Source of the DNA: Clostridia bacterium | GTDB taxonomy: Bacteria > Bacillota > Clostridia > Christensenellales > Borkfalkiaceae | Direction: 5' to 3' | Assembly (NCBI GenBank): GCA_017462985.1 | Contig: JAFTQB010000014.1 | Coordinates: forward strand, 26,071 to 90,070 | Length of the DNA stretch: 64,000 bases | Shown here: piece by piece, positions 8,114-17,648 of the stretch | Layout of the letters: each line of letters begins with the position of its first letter | Numbering within the stretch: the first letter of the stretch is position 1 | Notes under the pieces: generated by a model | What the model was told of the DNA's origin: nothing | Database searches by the model: none | What the model saw: the letters and a program-made list of their open reading frames with translations, nothing else | Program-made: the position numbers and the translations under genes

Positions 8114-10258
8114 TTACGATAACGAAGTGATACGGTGCACGTCGTGAATACGCTTATCCGAAAGCATCTTCTTGATCAGCATATCCACTTCGGAAATATC
8201 CGAAAGCGCCACCGCCGCTTCCAAGATCGCGTCTTGGTTTTTATCGATCCTGCCGTTAACGGAAGTGATGGAAAGCTTCATATCCGCCACCACTTGCGAC
8301 AGCACCGAAAGCGCCGCGCCCTGATCGGTGGCGCGAATGGAAATGTGTGCGTTATAACGGCTGTAATCTCCCGTTTCTTTCACCCACGAAGCGGGCAACA
8401 ACCGCCCCGCGTCGATCGAACGGATATTCGAACAGTCCGCGCGGTGCACCACCACGCCTCGGCCGCGAGAGGTAAAGCCGACGATCTCGTCGCCGCGAAC
8501 GGGCGAACAGCAACCCGCGAAGCGTACCAAAATACCCGCTTCGCCGTTGATCAAGATCCCGCTAGGGTTCTTTTTTAAGCCGCCCTCCGACAAAACGAAG
8601 CCTTGCGGAGCTTTCTTTTTATGGAAATCGACGAGCTTGACAAGCACTTGATTGACGGAGATCGAACCGTAGCCGACCGCCGCGAACATTTCTTCCTGTT
8701 CGGTGAACGAGAAGCGTTCGGCAACGCGCTTGAACGATTCTTCCGTCAACAGCGTGGAAAGGGTATAGCCCTTTTTGCGGGCTTCCTCTTCCAGCCGCGC
8801 CTGACCGTCGCGGATATAATCGTCGCGCAAAAGGTTTTTAAAGAATTGCTTGATCTTTGCGCGCGCACTGGACGATTTGACGATCTTCAACCAATCGCGG
8901 GAGGGACCTTTCGAGGTGGGCGAGGTGATAATTTCCACCACGTCCCCCACTTCCAGCGTCGTCGTCAAGGGCACCATGCGCGAATTGACGCGTGCGCCCG
9001 TACAATGATTGCCGACTTCCGAGTGAATGGCGTACGCAAAATCGATGGGCGTCGCTTCGGGGGGCAGGGAAATGACCTTGCCAAGCGGCGTAAACACTAA
9101 TAATTCGTGGCTGTAAAGCTCGGTTTTGAGCGCGTCGATGAACTCCTGCGAGTCCTTCATATCCCCCTGCCATTCCATCACCTTTCTAAGCCAAGTGAGC
9201 TTGTTTTCGAAATCGGAATTGGCTTCGTCCGTCTTGCCCTCTTTATATTTCCAATGCGCCGCGATACCGAATTCCGCAATGCGGTGCATTTCTTCCGTGC
9301 GGATCTGAATTTCCACAGGCTGCCCGAAATTCGTCATCACCGTGGTGTGCAAGGATTGGTATTTGTTGGGCTTGGGCGTGGCGATATAATCCTTAATACG
9401 CCCGGGAATCGGCTTCCAATGCTCGTGCAATTCGCCAAGCACCGTATAACATTCCCTTACGTCCTTTACGATGATACGGACGGCGGACAAATCATAAATT
9501 TGATCGAGTGATTTGCCCTTGTTTTTCATCTTTTTATAGATGGAATAGAAATGCTTGGGCCGCCCGAAAACTTCCCCTTCGATCCCGTCCGCTTTCATCA
9601 ATTCCTTGATTTCAACGATGATCTGCGCCACGAATTCGCGGCGTTCGGAAAGCTTTTCGGTGATATTCACCATCAAATACTCGTACGCTTCGGGATCGAG
9701 ATATTTCAAGCACAAGTCCTCTAATTCGCACTTGATCTGCGAAATACCCAATCTTCCCGCAAGCGGCGTATAAATATCCAGCGTTTCGCGCGCCATTTTT
9801 TCTTGGCGTTCCTTGCTCAAAAAGCTCAAAGACCGCATATTGTGCAAACGGTCGGCAAGCTTGATGATGATCACGCGGATATCCTTTGCCATCGCGACGA
9901 AAATTTTGCGGAAGTTTTCCGCTTCCTCTTCCGCGCGCGATTTAAATTCAATCTTTTCCAGCTTTGTAACGCCGCTGACAAGCTCCAAAACCTCGTCGCC
10001 AAATTCGCGGCGAATATCCTCGTCCGTTGTTTCGGTATCCTCGATCACGTCGTGAAGAAGCGCCGCCGCGATCGTAGCGGCGTTCATCCCCAGATCCATC
10101 AAGATTTTGGCAACTTCGCAAGGATGAATAAAATACGGCTCTCCCGACGCGCGTTTTTGGGAAGAATGCGCCTTTTCGGCATACGAATACGCGCGAAGCA
10201 GCATTTCCCTATCTTCACCTGCGTATAATTCTTCTATTTTTTTCAGCGTGTCGTACAT
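8114..10258 (-). CDS. relA: Bifunctional (p)ppGpp synthetase/hydrolase, RelA/SpoT family
   Basis: HD hydrolase domain (HPCEVAKIL...LHDVIEDT), synthetase domain, TGS and ACT-like C-terminus; 714 aa. Confidence 0.95.
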   Translation of the reverse strand: MYDTLKKIEELYAGEDREMLLRAYSYAEKAHSSQKRASGEPYFIHPCEVAKILMDLGMNAATIAAALLHDVIEDTETTDEDIRREFGDEVLELVSGVTKLEKIEFKSRAEEEAENFRKIFVAMAKDIRVIIIKLADRLHNMRSLSFLSKERQEKMARETLDIYTPLAGRLGISQIKCELEDLCLKYLDPEAYEYLMVNITEKLSERREFVAQIIVEIKELMKADGIEGEVFGRPKHFYSIYKKMKNKGKSLDQIYDLSAVRIIVKDVRECYTVLGELHEHWKPIPGRIKDYIATPKPNKYQSLHTTVMTNFGQPVEIQIRTEEMHRIAEFGIAAHWKYKEGKTDEANSDFENKLTWLRKVMEWQGDMKDSQEFIDALKTELYSHELLVFTPLGKVISLPPEATPIDFAYAIHSEVGNHCTGARVNSRMVPLTTTLEVGDVVEIITSPTSKGPSRDWLKIVKSSSARAKIKQFFKNLLRDDYIRDGQARLEEEARKKGYTLSTLLTEESFKRVAERFSFTEQEEMFAAVGYGSISVNQVLVKLVDFHKKKAPQGFVLSEGGLKKNPSGILINGEAGILVRFAGCCSPVRGDEIVGFTSRGRGVVVHRADCSNIRSIDAGRLLPASWVKETGDYSRYNAHISIRATDQGAALSVLSQVVADMKLSITSVNGRIDKNQDAILEAAVALSDISEVDMLIKKMLSDKRIHDVHRITSLS

Positions 10259-10268
10259 ATTTTCACCT

Positions 10269-12593
10269 TTAATTTTCTTGCAACAGGCATACTTTGCGAT
10301 AGATACTCGAATGATTTAGTTCCGCTTTCACGCCGCGGTAAACGGTGAATTTTCCCTCGGCAAAGGAAATCAATCCAAGCTCCTCAAATACGTTGAGCGC
10401 AAATAAAAACTCCCGTTTTTCAAAGCCCAGCGTTTCGCTATATTTGGAAAGTTCTTCCGCATTCCCTCCGTTTAAACGGTTGATTTCGCGGCGGAGCGCC
10501 GAATAAATTTCCAACAAGCTCTCCCGCGCCGTATCTAGCCCCTCGAACATCTTATAACCGCAAATTTCGCCGTTGACGATCACCTTTCTGCCACTCAACG
10601 CCGCCACGTTATAATCGGACGGGGTATCCAAGAAAAGAAAATCGCGGAAGCCCGAAATATCCGCGTCGGGCGCGGGCGATACGATCAAAAGATTGGAAAC
10701 GTTGCGCGAAGAAGGATAAAACAGATCGCAATCAAAGCCGTCAAGCTCCTCGTAAAAACGGAGCGTGCGCCGATCGGACGCGATCAGGCAAAGCCCGTAC
10801 GCACATTCCTTTTGCTTTTGCGCGATCAATTCTTTGATCTCTTGCGTGGTTCTTTGCTCGATCTCCACGGGCGGTTTTTCCGCATAACAACGGGAAATAC
10901 CGTTCATAAAAATACTGTCGGAAGCCCGTCTGCCCGTCCTGCCGTCGTAAAGCAGATCGCGCACGAAGCCCTTGATCTGTTCTCTGCCCTTAAAGCGGGA
11001 AACGTTGATTTCGAATACGATATTCTTTTTTACGTCGCTTTCGATGATCTTCAAATGCTTAACGCCGGAAAAATACATCAAGTCGATATAATCGCTTTTC
11101 ACGCTGAGGTGCGGCGACATACTTTTCACCGGTCGCGCCGTACATGCCCCCGCCGAAATAACGAATTGCGGACGGCGGTGTCCCACGCCGTAAGGTTCCA
11201 TCATCATGATCTCGCGCGCAAATTTTTCGGGGAAAGGAGCGGTGATCTCCTCGCTTACGTACAGCCTTTGTTCAAAATCCTCCGCGTCGTGCGACTTTGC
11301 AATCGTTTCGTTCAGCGCTTCTTCCAGCGCTTCGAAATTTTCCGTGCGGATATTGATGCCCGCCGCTTGCGCATGCCCGCCGAATTCTTCAATCAAATGC
11401 GAACAGCTTTTTAACGCACTGAAAATATTGATATTTTCGATACTTCTCGCGCTGCCTTTGAGCATATCGCCGTGATGCACGAACAATAGCGTCGGGCGGT
11501 TATATTCTTCCGCAATACGCGCCGCCACGATCCCGATAAAGCCGGTATTCCAGCTTTCGTCCGAAAGCATGATCACGTTACCGTACGCGCCCTTTTCTTT
11601 TAATTTATTCTTTGCGGAAATATATAATTCGTCGCAATATTTTTGCCTTTCCGTATTATATGCGCAAAGCTTCACCGAAAGATCGTAAATTTCCGCGGGA
11701 TTTTCCGTTGTGAACAATTGAAGCGCCGCGCGCGCGTCCCCCATTCTCCCCGCCGCGTTGATACGGGGCGCGAGCGTAAACGCAAGCGTTTGCGCGGAAA
11801 TGGGATCGTAGGATCGCCCGATCAGTTCGGAAAAACACGGGCGCACGGAACGGTTGAACATTTTCAAGCCCTCCGTTACGATATCGCGGTTTTCCCCAAG
11901 CAGCGGAACGCTGTCCGCCACCGTTGCGAGCGTTGCAAAATCTAAATATTCGTACGCCTTTTCCCCAAGCAACGCGCAAGCGAGCTTGAACGCTACCCCC
12001 GCGCCGCAAAGATTATCGTACGGATAATCGTCCTCTAATTTGGGATTGATGATCACGCAATCGGGCAAAACTTCGGGCAATTCGTGGTGATCGGTAACGA
12101 TCACGTCAGAACCTAGCTCGTAGATATACTGCGCCTCTTTCGCGCAAGAAATGCCGCAGTCCACCGTGATAAACAGCTCGGGATTACAATCCTCGAAAAT
12201 GCGGTCGACGGCTTCCATGGAAAGCCCGTAGCCGTCCGAACGTTCGGGGATATAGATATGCGGCTCGATCCCGTACGCCTTTAAGGCGTGATACATGATT
12301 GCGGAAGCGCAAACGCCGTCGGCGTCGTAATCGCCGAACACCGCGACGGTTTTTCCGTAGTCGCGCGCTTCTTCGATCATCGCCACCGCCTCCTTCATTC
12401 CTTTCATCAAAAAGGGAGAAAGAAAATTATCCTTGGTGGGATACATAAATCGGTTGATCTTTTCCGCCGTATCCACGCCGCGAGCATACAAAATACGGGT
12501 AACGTTTTCCGTCAATCCCACTTCGCGCGCAAGATCGGAAATAATATTCAGTTGTTCTTGCGTAAACGCGTATTCGGGAACGAGTTTTTTCAT
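10269..12593 (-). CDS. recJ: Single-stranded-DNA-specific exonuclease RecJ
   Basis: DHH family motifs (VFGDYDADGV, ITVDCG, VTDHHE) and the conserved recJ-relA neighbourhood. Confidence 0.93.
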   Translation of the reverse strand: MKKLVPEYAFTQEQLNIISDLAREVGLTENVTRILYARGVDTAEKINRFMYPTKDNFLSPFLMKGMKEAVAMIEEARDYGKTVAVFGDYDADGVCASAIMYHALKAYGIEPHIYIPERSDGYGLSMEAVDRIFEDCNPELFITVDCGISCAKEAQYIYELGSDVIVTDHHELPEVLPDCVIINPKLEDDYPYDNLCGAGVAFKLACALLGEKAYEYLDFATLATVADSVPLLGENRDIVTEGLKMFNRSVRPCFSELIGRSYDPISAQTLAFTLAPRINAAGRMGDARAALQLFTTENPAEIYDLSVKLCAYNTERQKYCDELYISAKNKLKEKGAYGNVIMLSDESWNTGFIGIVAARIAEEYNRPTLLFVHHGDMLKGSARSIENINIFSALKSCSHLIEEFGGHAQAAGINIRTENFEALEEALNETIAKSHDAEDFEQRLYVSEEITAPFPEKFAREIMMMEPYGVGHRRPQFVISAGACTARPVKSMSPHLSVKSDYIDLMYFSGVKHLKIIESDVKKNIVFEINVSRFKGREQIKGFVRDLLYDGRTGRRASDSIFMNGISRCYAEKPPVEIEQRTTQEIKELIAQKQKECAYGLCLIASDRRTLRFYEELDGFDCDLFYPSSRNVSNLLIVSPAPDADISGFRDFLFLDTPSDYNVAALSGRKVIVNGEICGYKMFEGLDTARESLLEIYSALRREINRLNGGNAEELSKYSETLGFEKREFLFALNVFEELGLISFAEGKFTVYRGVKAELNHSSIYRKVCLLQEN

Positions 12594-12609
12594 AATTACC
12601 CTGTGTAGA

Positions 12610-12654
12610 AATAAAATTCGGGCGGCGAGGCGCTTTTACCCCCTCCCGCCCGAG
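12610..12654 (-). terminator. Possible attenuating hairpin between secF and recJ
   Basis: TCGGGCGG / CCGCCCGA stem with a 21-nt loop, followed on the minus strand by ATTTTATTT. Confidence 0.35.
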
Positions 12655-12666
12655 CATATCGCTTGA

Positions 12667-13884
12667 TTATTCTTGTTGATCAGTTTCTTCTTCCGTAGCA
12701 GCCTCTGCGGGAGCTTCCTCTACGGCTTCTTCCGCCGTTTCTTCTACGGGAGCTTCCTCCACGGCTTCTTCAGCCGCTTCAGACGTTTCTTCTACTGGAG
12801 TTTCCTCAGCGGCTTCTTCAGCTGTTTCAGCCGTTTCTTCTACGGGAGCGGGCGTTTGAGCAGGAGTATCCTGCTTGACGGATTTTTGTTGCTTACCGCC
12901 CTTGCCGCCCTTTTTATAATCGTATCTAGCGCGCTTTTCCGCCCAAGCCGCGAACAGTTTTCTGATCGGCAAGTACAGCGCGGGCGCGAACACGATCGCC
13001 GAGAACGCGCTGACGAGTACGGCAACGATCGAAATCGCCGCGAACGCAAGGAAGTTTTCCGCCGCAAAAATGCCCACGATCGCTAAGACCGCAAACACGC
13101 AAAGCAAGCTGATACAAAGCGCTAACGAGGATTTAAACGCCACGTTTTCCGCAACCGTTTCCACCGTTGCAATCGGTTCGTTCGCTTCTTTTTCCGCCTT
13201 GCGAATTTTAGATACCGTAAACAGCACCAAAACCGCCGTCAAGAGCATAGAAAATTCCACAGCATAAAGCACCGTCGTCGTAATGGGGATGCGGGTAGCG
13301 AGGATCACCGCACAGGAAAGCGCCGCCGATAAGCCCGTGGCTACGAACGCAACGATCCCGTTCCAAATCTTATGGCGAAGCGCAACGTATGCAAACGCAA
13401 GCACCGCGATCACTACGCCCGCAAGCACGCCGCGAAGCAAATATCCGTCGGGTAATTTTTCCACTACGCTATCCGTATGCGCGACGACTTTAACGAAGTT
13501 GTCTTCGTATTCCGCCACCGCAGAGAATTTCGATTGCAACGTTTCTTGGATCGTACCGAACTTAGTAGCTTGACCAAAGATATAGAAAAGTTCGTGGGAG
13601 TTGGTGGAAACCTTGTTGCGGCTCACGTATACCACGTCCATTCCCGCTTCCTCAAACGCGTCGTTACAAATTTTTTCGATGTTTTCCGCTTCCGTTTTAT
13701 ATTCGGCGCTACTCATTTGCACGCTCACCGTAACCGTTTTGTAGCTGTCGGTGAGGATATGGTTATTAAAGCCCGCGAAGATCATCACGATGATACTCGC
13801 CAAAAGGATCACGGCGGAAACGATCGCCCATACCGTCAATTTGCCGACGGTTTTTTGCGCAAATTTCTTACTCATCGTCGTCAT
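12667..13884 (-). CDS. secF: Protein translocase subunit SecF with a long acidic C-terminal tail
   Basis: N-terminal TM, periplasmic loop and a 5-TM RND-like C-terminal block. It overlaps the secD stop by 17 nt. The roughly 70-aa tail is rich in E/A/T/V. Confidence 0.85.
   Translation of the reverse strand: MTTMSKKFAQKTVGKLTVWAIVSAVILLASIIVMIFAGFNNHILTDSYKTVTVSVQMSSAEYKTEAENIEKICNDAFEEAGMDVVYVSRNKVSTNSHELFYIFGQATKFGTIQETLQSKFSAVAEYEDNFVKVVAHTDSVVEKLPDGYLLRGVLAGVVIAVLAFAYVALRHKIWNGIVAFVATGLSAALSCAVILATRIPITTTVLYAVEFSMLLTAVLVLFTVSKIRKAEKEANEPIATVETVAENVAFKSSLALCISLLCVFAVLAIVGIFAAENFLAFAAISIVAVLVSAFSAIVFAPALYLPIRKLFAAWAEKRARYDYKKGGKGGKQQKSVKQDTPAQTPAPVEETAETAEEAAEETPVEETSEAAEEAVEEAPVEETAEEAVEEAPAEAATEEETDQQE
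12709..12843 (-). repeat. Three in-frame tandem repeats (39, 48 and 48 nt) encoding the acidic SecF tail
   Basis: Units start at 12709, 12748 and 12796 (GGGAGCTTCCTC.ACGGCTTCTTC.GCCG...TTTCTTCTAC). They encode VEETxExAEEAVEEAP-like peptides. Confidence 0.75.
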
Positions 13885-15376
13885 CCTCCCTTACAAAGCC
13901 GAAATATTTGAATTTGTTCTTTTGCGTGGAAAGGTAGATATAATTGATCAATCTGCCCCAAAGCAGGTTGCAGAACGCGCCCGCCACCAAGCAAATGATC
14001 GCTTGCAACGCCATAATTTGTACGCCCGCCGCGCCGATAAGCATCGCAAGCGCTCCAAGGAGCAACACCGCGTAGATATCCACCGTCAGCCAGATCGTGC
14101 TCTTGTAGCCGAGCATTACGGAAGAATCCACCGTTTTACCAAGGTCGAATTGCTTTTTGATCGCATGATAGTTCATCGCGTGCAACACGTTCATCAGCAC
14201 CAACACGAAAAGGTACACGAGCGCCGAGCCGAGCGTAAATTCGAAGATACCGCCCGAAATGAACGCGAAGCAAAGCCCCGTTACGATCAGATAAGAAAGA
14301 GTCATATACGCCGCCACAACGCCGTAACGACGGTATTTCACGATCATCGCTACGATGCAAGCGAGCGTAATCGCCGCAAGCACCAACAAAATGACTACGT
14401 CGAGGTTTTCGCCGTTCAAGTTTTCCATTTCGCGGATTTCGCTGGAAACGCCCGAGAAAGTAACGGAAAATTCGCCGTGTTCGAGCGCGGAATTCAAAAG
14501 CACTACCATCGTATCGAGTTGCGCCTTGTTGTCCCCTTCAAGGTAGGCACAGTTAATCAGGTTGTCCGAACGGACGTTGTCTTGATAAACAGGCAAGATC
14601 TTGGTATCGCCAACGCAAATATACATCGTCGTGGAAGTATCGTTAGACGATTGCGTGCTCAACGAATCTTTCTTTTCGCCAATCAAATCTTTCCCCGCTT
14701 GCGTTAAGTTCACGCGGATATAATTAAAGTTGTACTGCGCGCCGATCGTAAAGTTCGTGATATAATCGTTGATACTCACGCCCTCTTCTTCCAGCTCTTC
14801 CACAGCCGTATCGCCAATCTTCAAATTCACCGCCCCCATGTACGAGAACAGCTCGAAGGTCGATTCATACAGCGCGTCCGCCGCGGGAAGTTCCACTCTG
14901 AACGCATAATCGTCTACAACGGCAACGCGGAACGAGGAATAGCCTCTTGCGGAATAACGGTCGGAAATAACATTGCGAAGCCTCTGCATTTCATTCACGA
15001 AATCGTCGTTCACCTTGCCGTTTTTCACCAAGCCGTACTGCGAATCGGTAGAAAGGCGCAAGCCCTTGTGCGCGATAAAGCCTTCCGCGTATTTATCGCG
15101 AGGGCTTTGCGTTTCTCCTTCCGCAACTTCGTCCGAATAGTTTTCAAGGTTAGATTGATATTGCGCCTCGGAATACACTCCGTCGGGATAATAATAGGTA
15201 TAGTATCCCCCCTTAAAATCCGAGCCGAAATCGATAAATTCCCCGAGCGGCGAATTCCAACCGTTCAACCCGTCGTTCCAAGGGAACCAAAAAGTCGGGC
15301 TGACCGTGAATACCGTCAGGGCGATGATGAGGATGTTTAAAAGCACCATCAATACCACCGATTTTTTCTTGCCCAT
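13868..15376 (-). CDS. secD: Protein translocase subunit SecD
   Basis: 502 aa with an N-terminal TM, a large extracytoplasmic domain and a C-terminal 5-TM block. It lies immediately upstream of and overlaps secF. Confidence 0.85.
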   Translation of the reverse strand: MGKKKSVVLMVLLNILIIALTVFTVSPTFWFPWNDGLNGWNSPLGEFIDFGSDFKGGYYTYYYPDGVYSEAQYQSNLENYSDEVAEGETQSPRDKYAEGFIAHKGLRLSTDSQYGLVKNGKVNDDFVNEMQRLRNVISDRYSARGYSSFRVAVVDDYAFRVELPAADALYESTFELFSYMGAVNLKIGDTAVEELEEEGVSINDYITNFTIGAQYNFNYIRVNLTQAGKDLIGEKKDSLSTQSSNDTSTTMYICVGDTKILPVYQDNVRSDNLINCAYLEGDNKAQLDTMVVLLNSALEHGEFSVTFSGVSSEIREMENLNGENLDVVILLVLAAITLACIVAMIVKYRRYGVVAAYMTLSYLIVTGLCFAFISGGIFEFTLGSALVYLFVLVLMNVLHAMNYHAIKKQFDLGKTVDSSVMLGYKSTIWLTVDIYAVLLLGALAMLIGAAGVQIMALQAIICLVAGAFCNLLWGRLINYIYLSTQKNKFKYFGFVREDDDDE

Positions 15377-15435
15377 ACATAGCCTCCTATGTTTTGTCGA
15401 GGCGCGAAACGCCCCTTTTACAATAATACTTTCTA

Positions 15436-15465
15436 ATTATACTCTATTTTTTGCTCGCTTGTCAA
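15436..15465 (-). promoter_or_regulatory. Putative secDF promoter
   Basis: On the minus strand, TTGACA (15465-15460), an 18-nt spacer, then TATAAT (15441-15436). Confidence 0.55.
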
Positions 15466-15524
15466 TTCATTCCGCGCTTGCAAGCGATTTTTTTTGCTTT
15501 CTTTTTATAAAAAAGAAGCGCTTT

Positions 15525-16853
15525 TTAATTTTCCGCGGCGAATTTCTTCGTTGCCAAAATGTGCATGGCGCATTCGATCCGCTTTTTCATCATCGAGCAG
15601 GTCGTTTCGTAAGGTTCGTCGATATCGCCGTTGAAATGGTAATTATTGGCGTTACAGCCGCCCGAACAAACGAATTTTGCAAAGCAATCGCCGCATTTTT
15701 TACGCGTAAACAAACAGGAATTTTTGAATTTTTCGCGAATTTCAGGCTTGACGATCCCTTGCCATACGTCGCCCATATAAAATTCTTTATCCGAAGCGAA
15801 TTGGTGGCAGGGATACAGATCGCCACCCGGAAGCACGGAAAAATATTCGTTGCCAGCGCCGCACGCGGAAACGCGCTTGGAAAGGCAGGGGCCGCCCTCT
15901 AAATCGATATTGAAATGGAAGAAGTTAAAGCCCTTTCCCTCGGCGTATTTTTTCAAATACTCCTCGCAAAGATTTTCGTATTCCTTTTCGATGATCGGCA
16001 AGTGTTCTTCCTTGATTTGCAGATCGTCGATATCGGTTACGACCGGCTCCATAGAAATGCTATCGAACCCCTCTTCCGCAAGGAAGATAACGTCCTTTGC
16101 AAAATCGAGATTTTTCGCCGTGAACGTGCCGCGCACGTAATAGCTTTTCTCCCCGCGAAGCCGCACGAATTTTTTGATCTTATCGATGATGAGCGCGTAC
16201 GTACCCTTGCCGTTCACCGATTTTCGAATGGCGTCGTGCACCTCGGGTCTGCCGTCCAACGAAAGCACGACGTTTTCCATTTCCGCATTGAAAAATTCGA
16301 TCGTTTCGTCGTTTAACAAAAGCGCGTTCGTCGTGGTGGTAAACAGGAATTTTTTGCCCGTTTGCGCCCCCCGTTCTTTCGCATACGCCACCGTCTGCTT
16401 CAAAACTTCGAGGTTCATCAACGGCTCGCCGCCGAAAAAGTCCATTTCCAGCACCTTTCTGTTGCCGCTGTTTTCAATCAAAAAATCCACCGCCGCTTTC
16501 GCCGTTTCCAAACTCATGCTCTCGCGCTTGGAATGATACGCGCCCTCGTCGGCAAAGCAATATCTGCAACGGAAATTGCAATCGTGGCAAATATGGATAC
16601 AAAGCGCTTTCACTTCGTTGCTTTTCATCGGGCGCGCGCTCGTTTCCGCTTTATAAAGCAAGCCCTGCCCTTCGAGTTCGTCGAGGTCGGCAAGGATCTC
16701 CCGCATCTGCTCGTCGGTGATATAAGTAATATCCACCGCTTGTCCCTCGCGGCTTTTCAAAACGTCCGCCGTCGCGCGGTCGCATTCGTGCAAGGAAGCG
16801 CTGCCTACGTCGTAAATATAATTTTTATCGCGATAATTAAATACGTGTACCAT
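15525..16853 (-). CDS. scfB: Radical SAM/SPASM thioether cross-link-forming SCIFF peptide maturase
   Basis: CNFRCRYCF radical SAM motif and a Cys-rich SPASM C-terminus (CGDCFAKFVCSGGCNANN). It lies directly downstream of a SCIFF precursor gene in the tgt-yajC-SCIFF-secDF context typical of Clostridia. Confidence 0.9.
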   Translation of the reverse strand: MVHVFNYRDKNYIYDVGSASLHECDRATADVLKSREGQAVDITYITDEQMREILADLDELEGQGLLYKAETSARPMKSNEVKALCIHICHDCNFRCRYCFADEGAYHSKRESMSLETAKAAVDFLIENSGNRKVLEMDFFGGEPLMNLEVLKQTVAYAKERGAQTGKKFLFTTTTNALLLNDETIEFFNAEMENVVLSLDGRPEVHDAIRKSVNGKGTYALIIDKIKKFVRLRGEKSYYVRGTFTAKNLDFAKDVIFLAEEGFDSISMEPVVTDIDDLQIKEEHLPIIEKEYENLCEEYLKKYAEGKGFNFFHFNIDLEGGPCLSKRVSACGAGNEYFSVLPGGDLYPCHQFASDKEFYMGDVWQGIVKPEIREKFKNSCLFTRKKCGDCFAKFVCSGGCNANNYHFNGDIDEPYETTCSMMKKRIECAMHILATKKFAAEN

Positions 16854-16922
16854 AATATTCCTATCGTTATAACTAAAAGGGAGGCAGCCGAATCAAGCCG
16901 CCTCTTTCCGTCGTTTTCACGG

Positions 16923-16952
16923 CAAAAAAGGACGCGTAACCGTTACGCGCCT
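16923..16952 (-). terminator. Intrinsic terminator/attenuator between the SCIFF precursor and its maturase
   Basis: On the minus strand, GGCGCGTAACGGTTACGCGTCC followed by TTTTTT, lying between the 16975 stop and the 16853 start. Confidence 0.65.
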
Positions 16953-16974
16953 TTTACGCCTTTTTATCAACATC

Positions 16975-17127
16975 TTATTTGCGTTCGATTTTTTGTTCGC
17001 GGGTTACTCTTTCGCAGGATTGGTTCCCAACCGTACAGCTCGTTTTGCAAGCGGATTGGCAGGTGCTTCTGCATTCGCCGCAGCCCGTTACTTTCTTTTC
17101 CTGAGGTTTAGCAATCGTCTTGATCAT
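16975..17127 (-). CDS. scfA: SCIFF (six-cysteines-in-forty-five) ribosomal peptide precursor, 50 aa; below the ORF-track cutoff
   Basis: My translation is MIKTIAKPQEKKVTGCGECRSTCQSACKTSCTVGNQSCERVTREQKIERK*. GCGEC..TCQSACKTSCTVGNQSCE is the SCIFF signature. An AAGGAG RBS lies 8 nt upstream. Confidence 0.9.
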   Translation of the reverse strand: MIKTIAKPQEKKVTGCGECRSTCQSACKTSCTVGNQSCERVTREQKIERK

Positions 17128-17162
17128 AGCGATTTCTCCTTGTTGTTAGTACTTGTGATATT

Positions 17163-17191
17163 ATTATAATATACTTTTCATTAAAAATCAA
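17163..17191 (-). promoter_or_regulatory. Putative SCIFF operon promoter
   Basis: On the minus strand, TTGATT (17191-17186), a 17-nt spacer, then TATAAT (17168-17163). Confidence 0.6.
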
Positions 17192-17227
17192 GCACTTTCC
17201 GATATTTTTTTCGTATTCGCCAAGATT

Positions 17228-17596
17228 TTACGCGCGTTTTAAGTTGACGGCGGCAATCCCCGAAAGCGCCCCCACCGAGATCCCCAACGCAAAATCCAAT
17301 AAGATTAGCCACGAAAGGGAAAAATCCCCGCCGATCGCGGAAAAGGATAAGTAGGAAAGCAGGGTGAACAGCACGCCCGCGCCCAAGCCCTTTTTGATCC
17401 CGCCTTCTTCACGAATACAGATCATACACGCAAGGCATAAAGAAAGCGATTTTAAAATTTGCGATACCACCGCCGTTACCGTGGTTGACATGGGGAAAAA
17501 GAACAGCACGAGCGCATAGATCAGCGCGAGCACCACCGAAAACAGCGTACCGAAGATCGCTGATTTCAAGCCTTGAAACAAAGTATCCGATTTCAT
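17228..17596 (-). CDS. Small 4-TM membrane protein (resembles what I recall as the TIGR04086 family; unverified)
   Basis: 122 aa with four hydrophobic segments, sitting between yajC and the SCIFF genes. Confidence 0.6.
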   Translation of the reverse strand: MKSDTLFQGLKSAIFGTLFSVVLALIYALVLFFFPMSTTVTAVVSQILKSLSLCLACMICIREEGGIKKGLGAGVLFTLLSYLSFSAIGGDFSLSWLILLDFALGISVGALSGIAAVNLKRA

Positions 17597-17648
17597 AAAA
17601 AAACACCTCCGCTTTATCGTATGCGAAGGCGCTTTCTTTTAGAATAGC

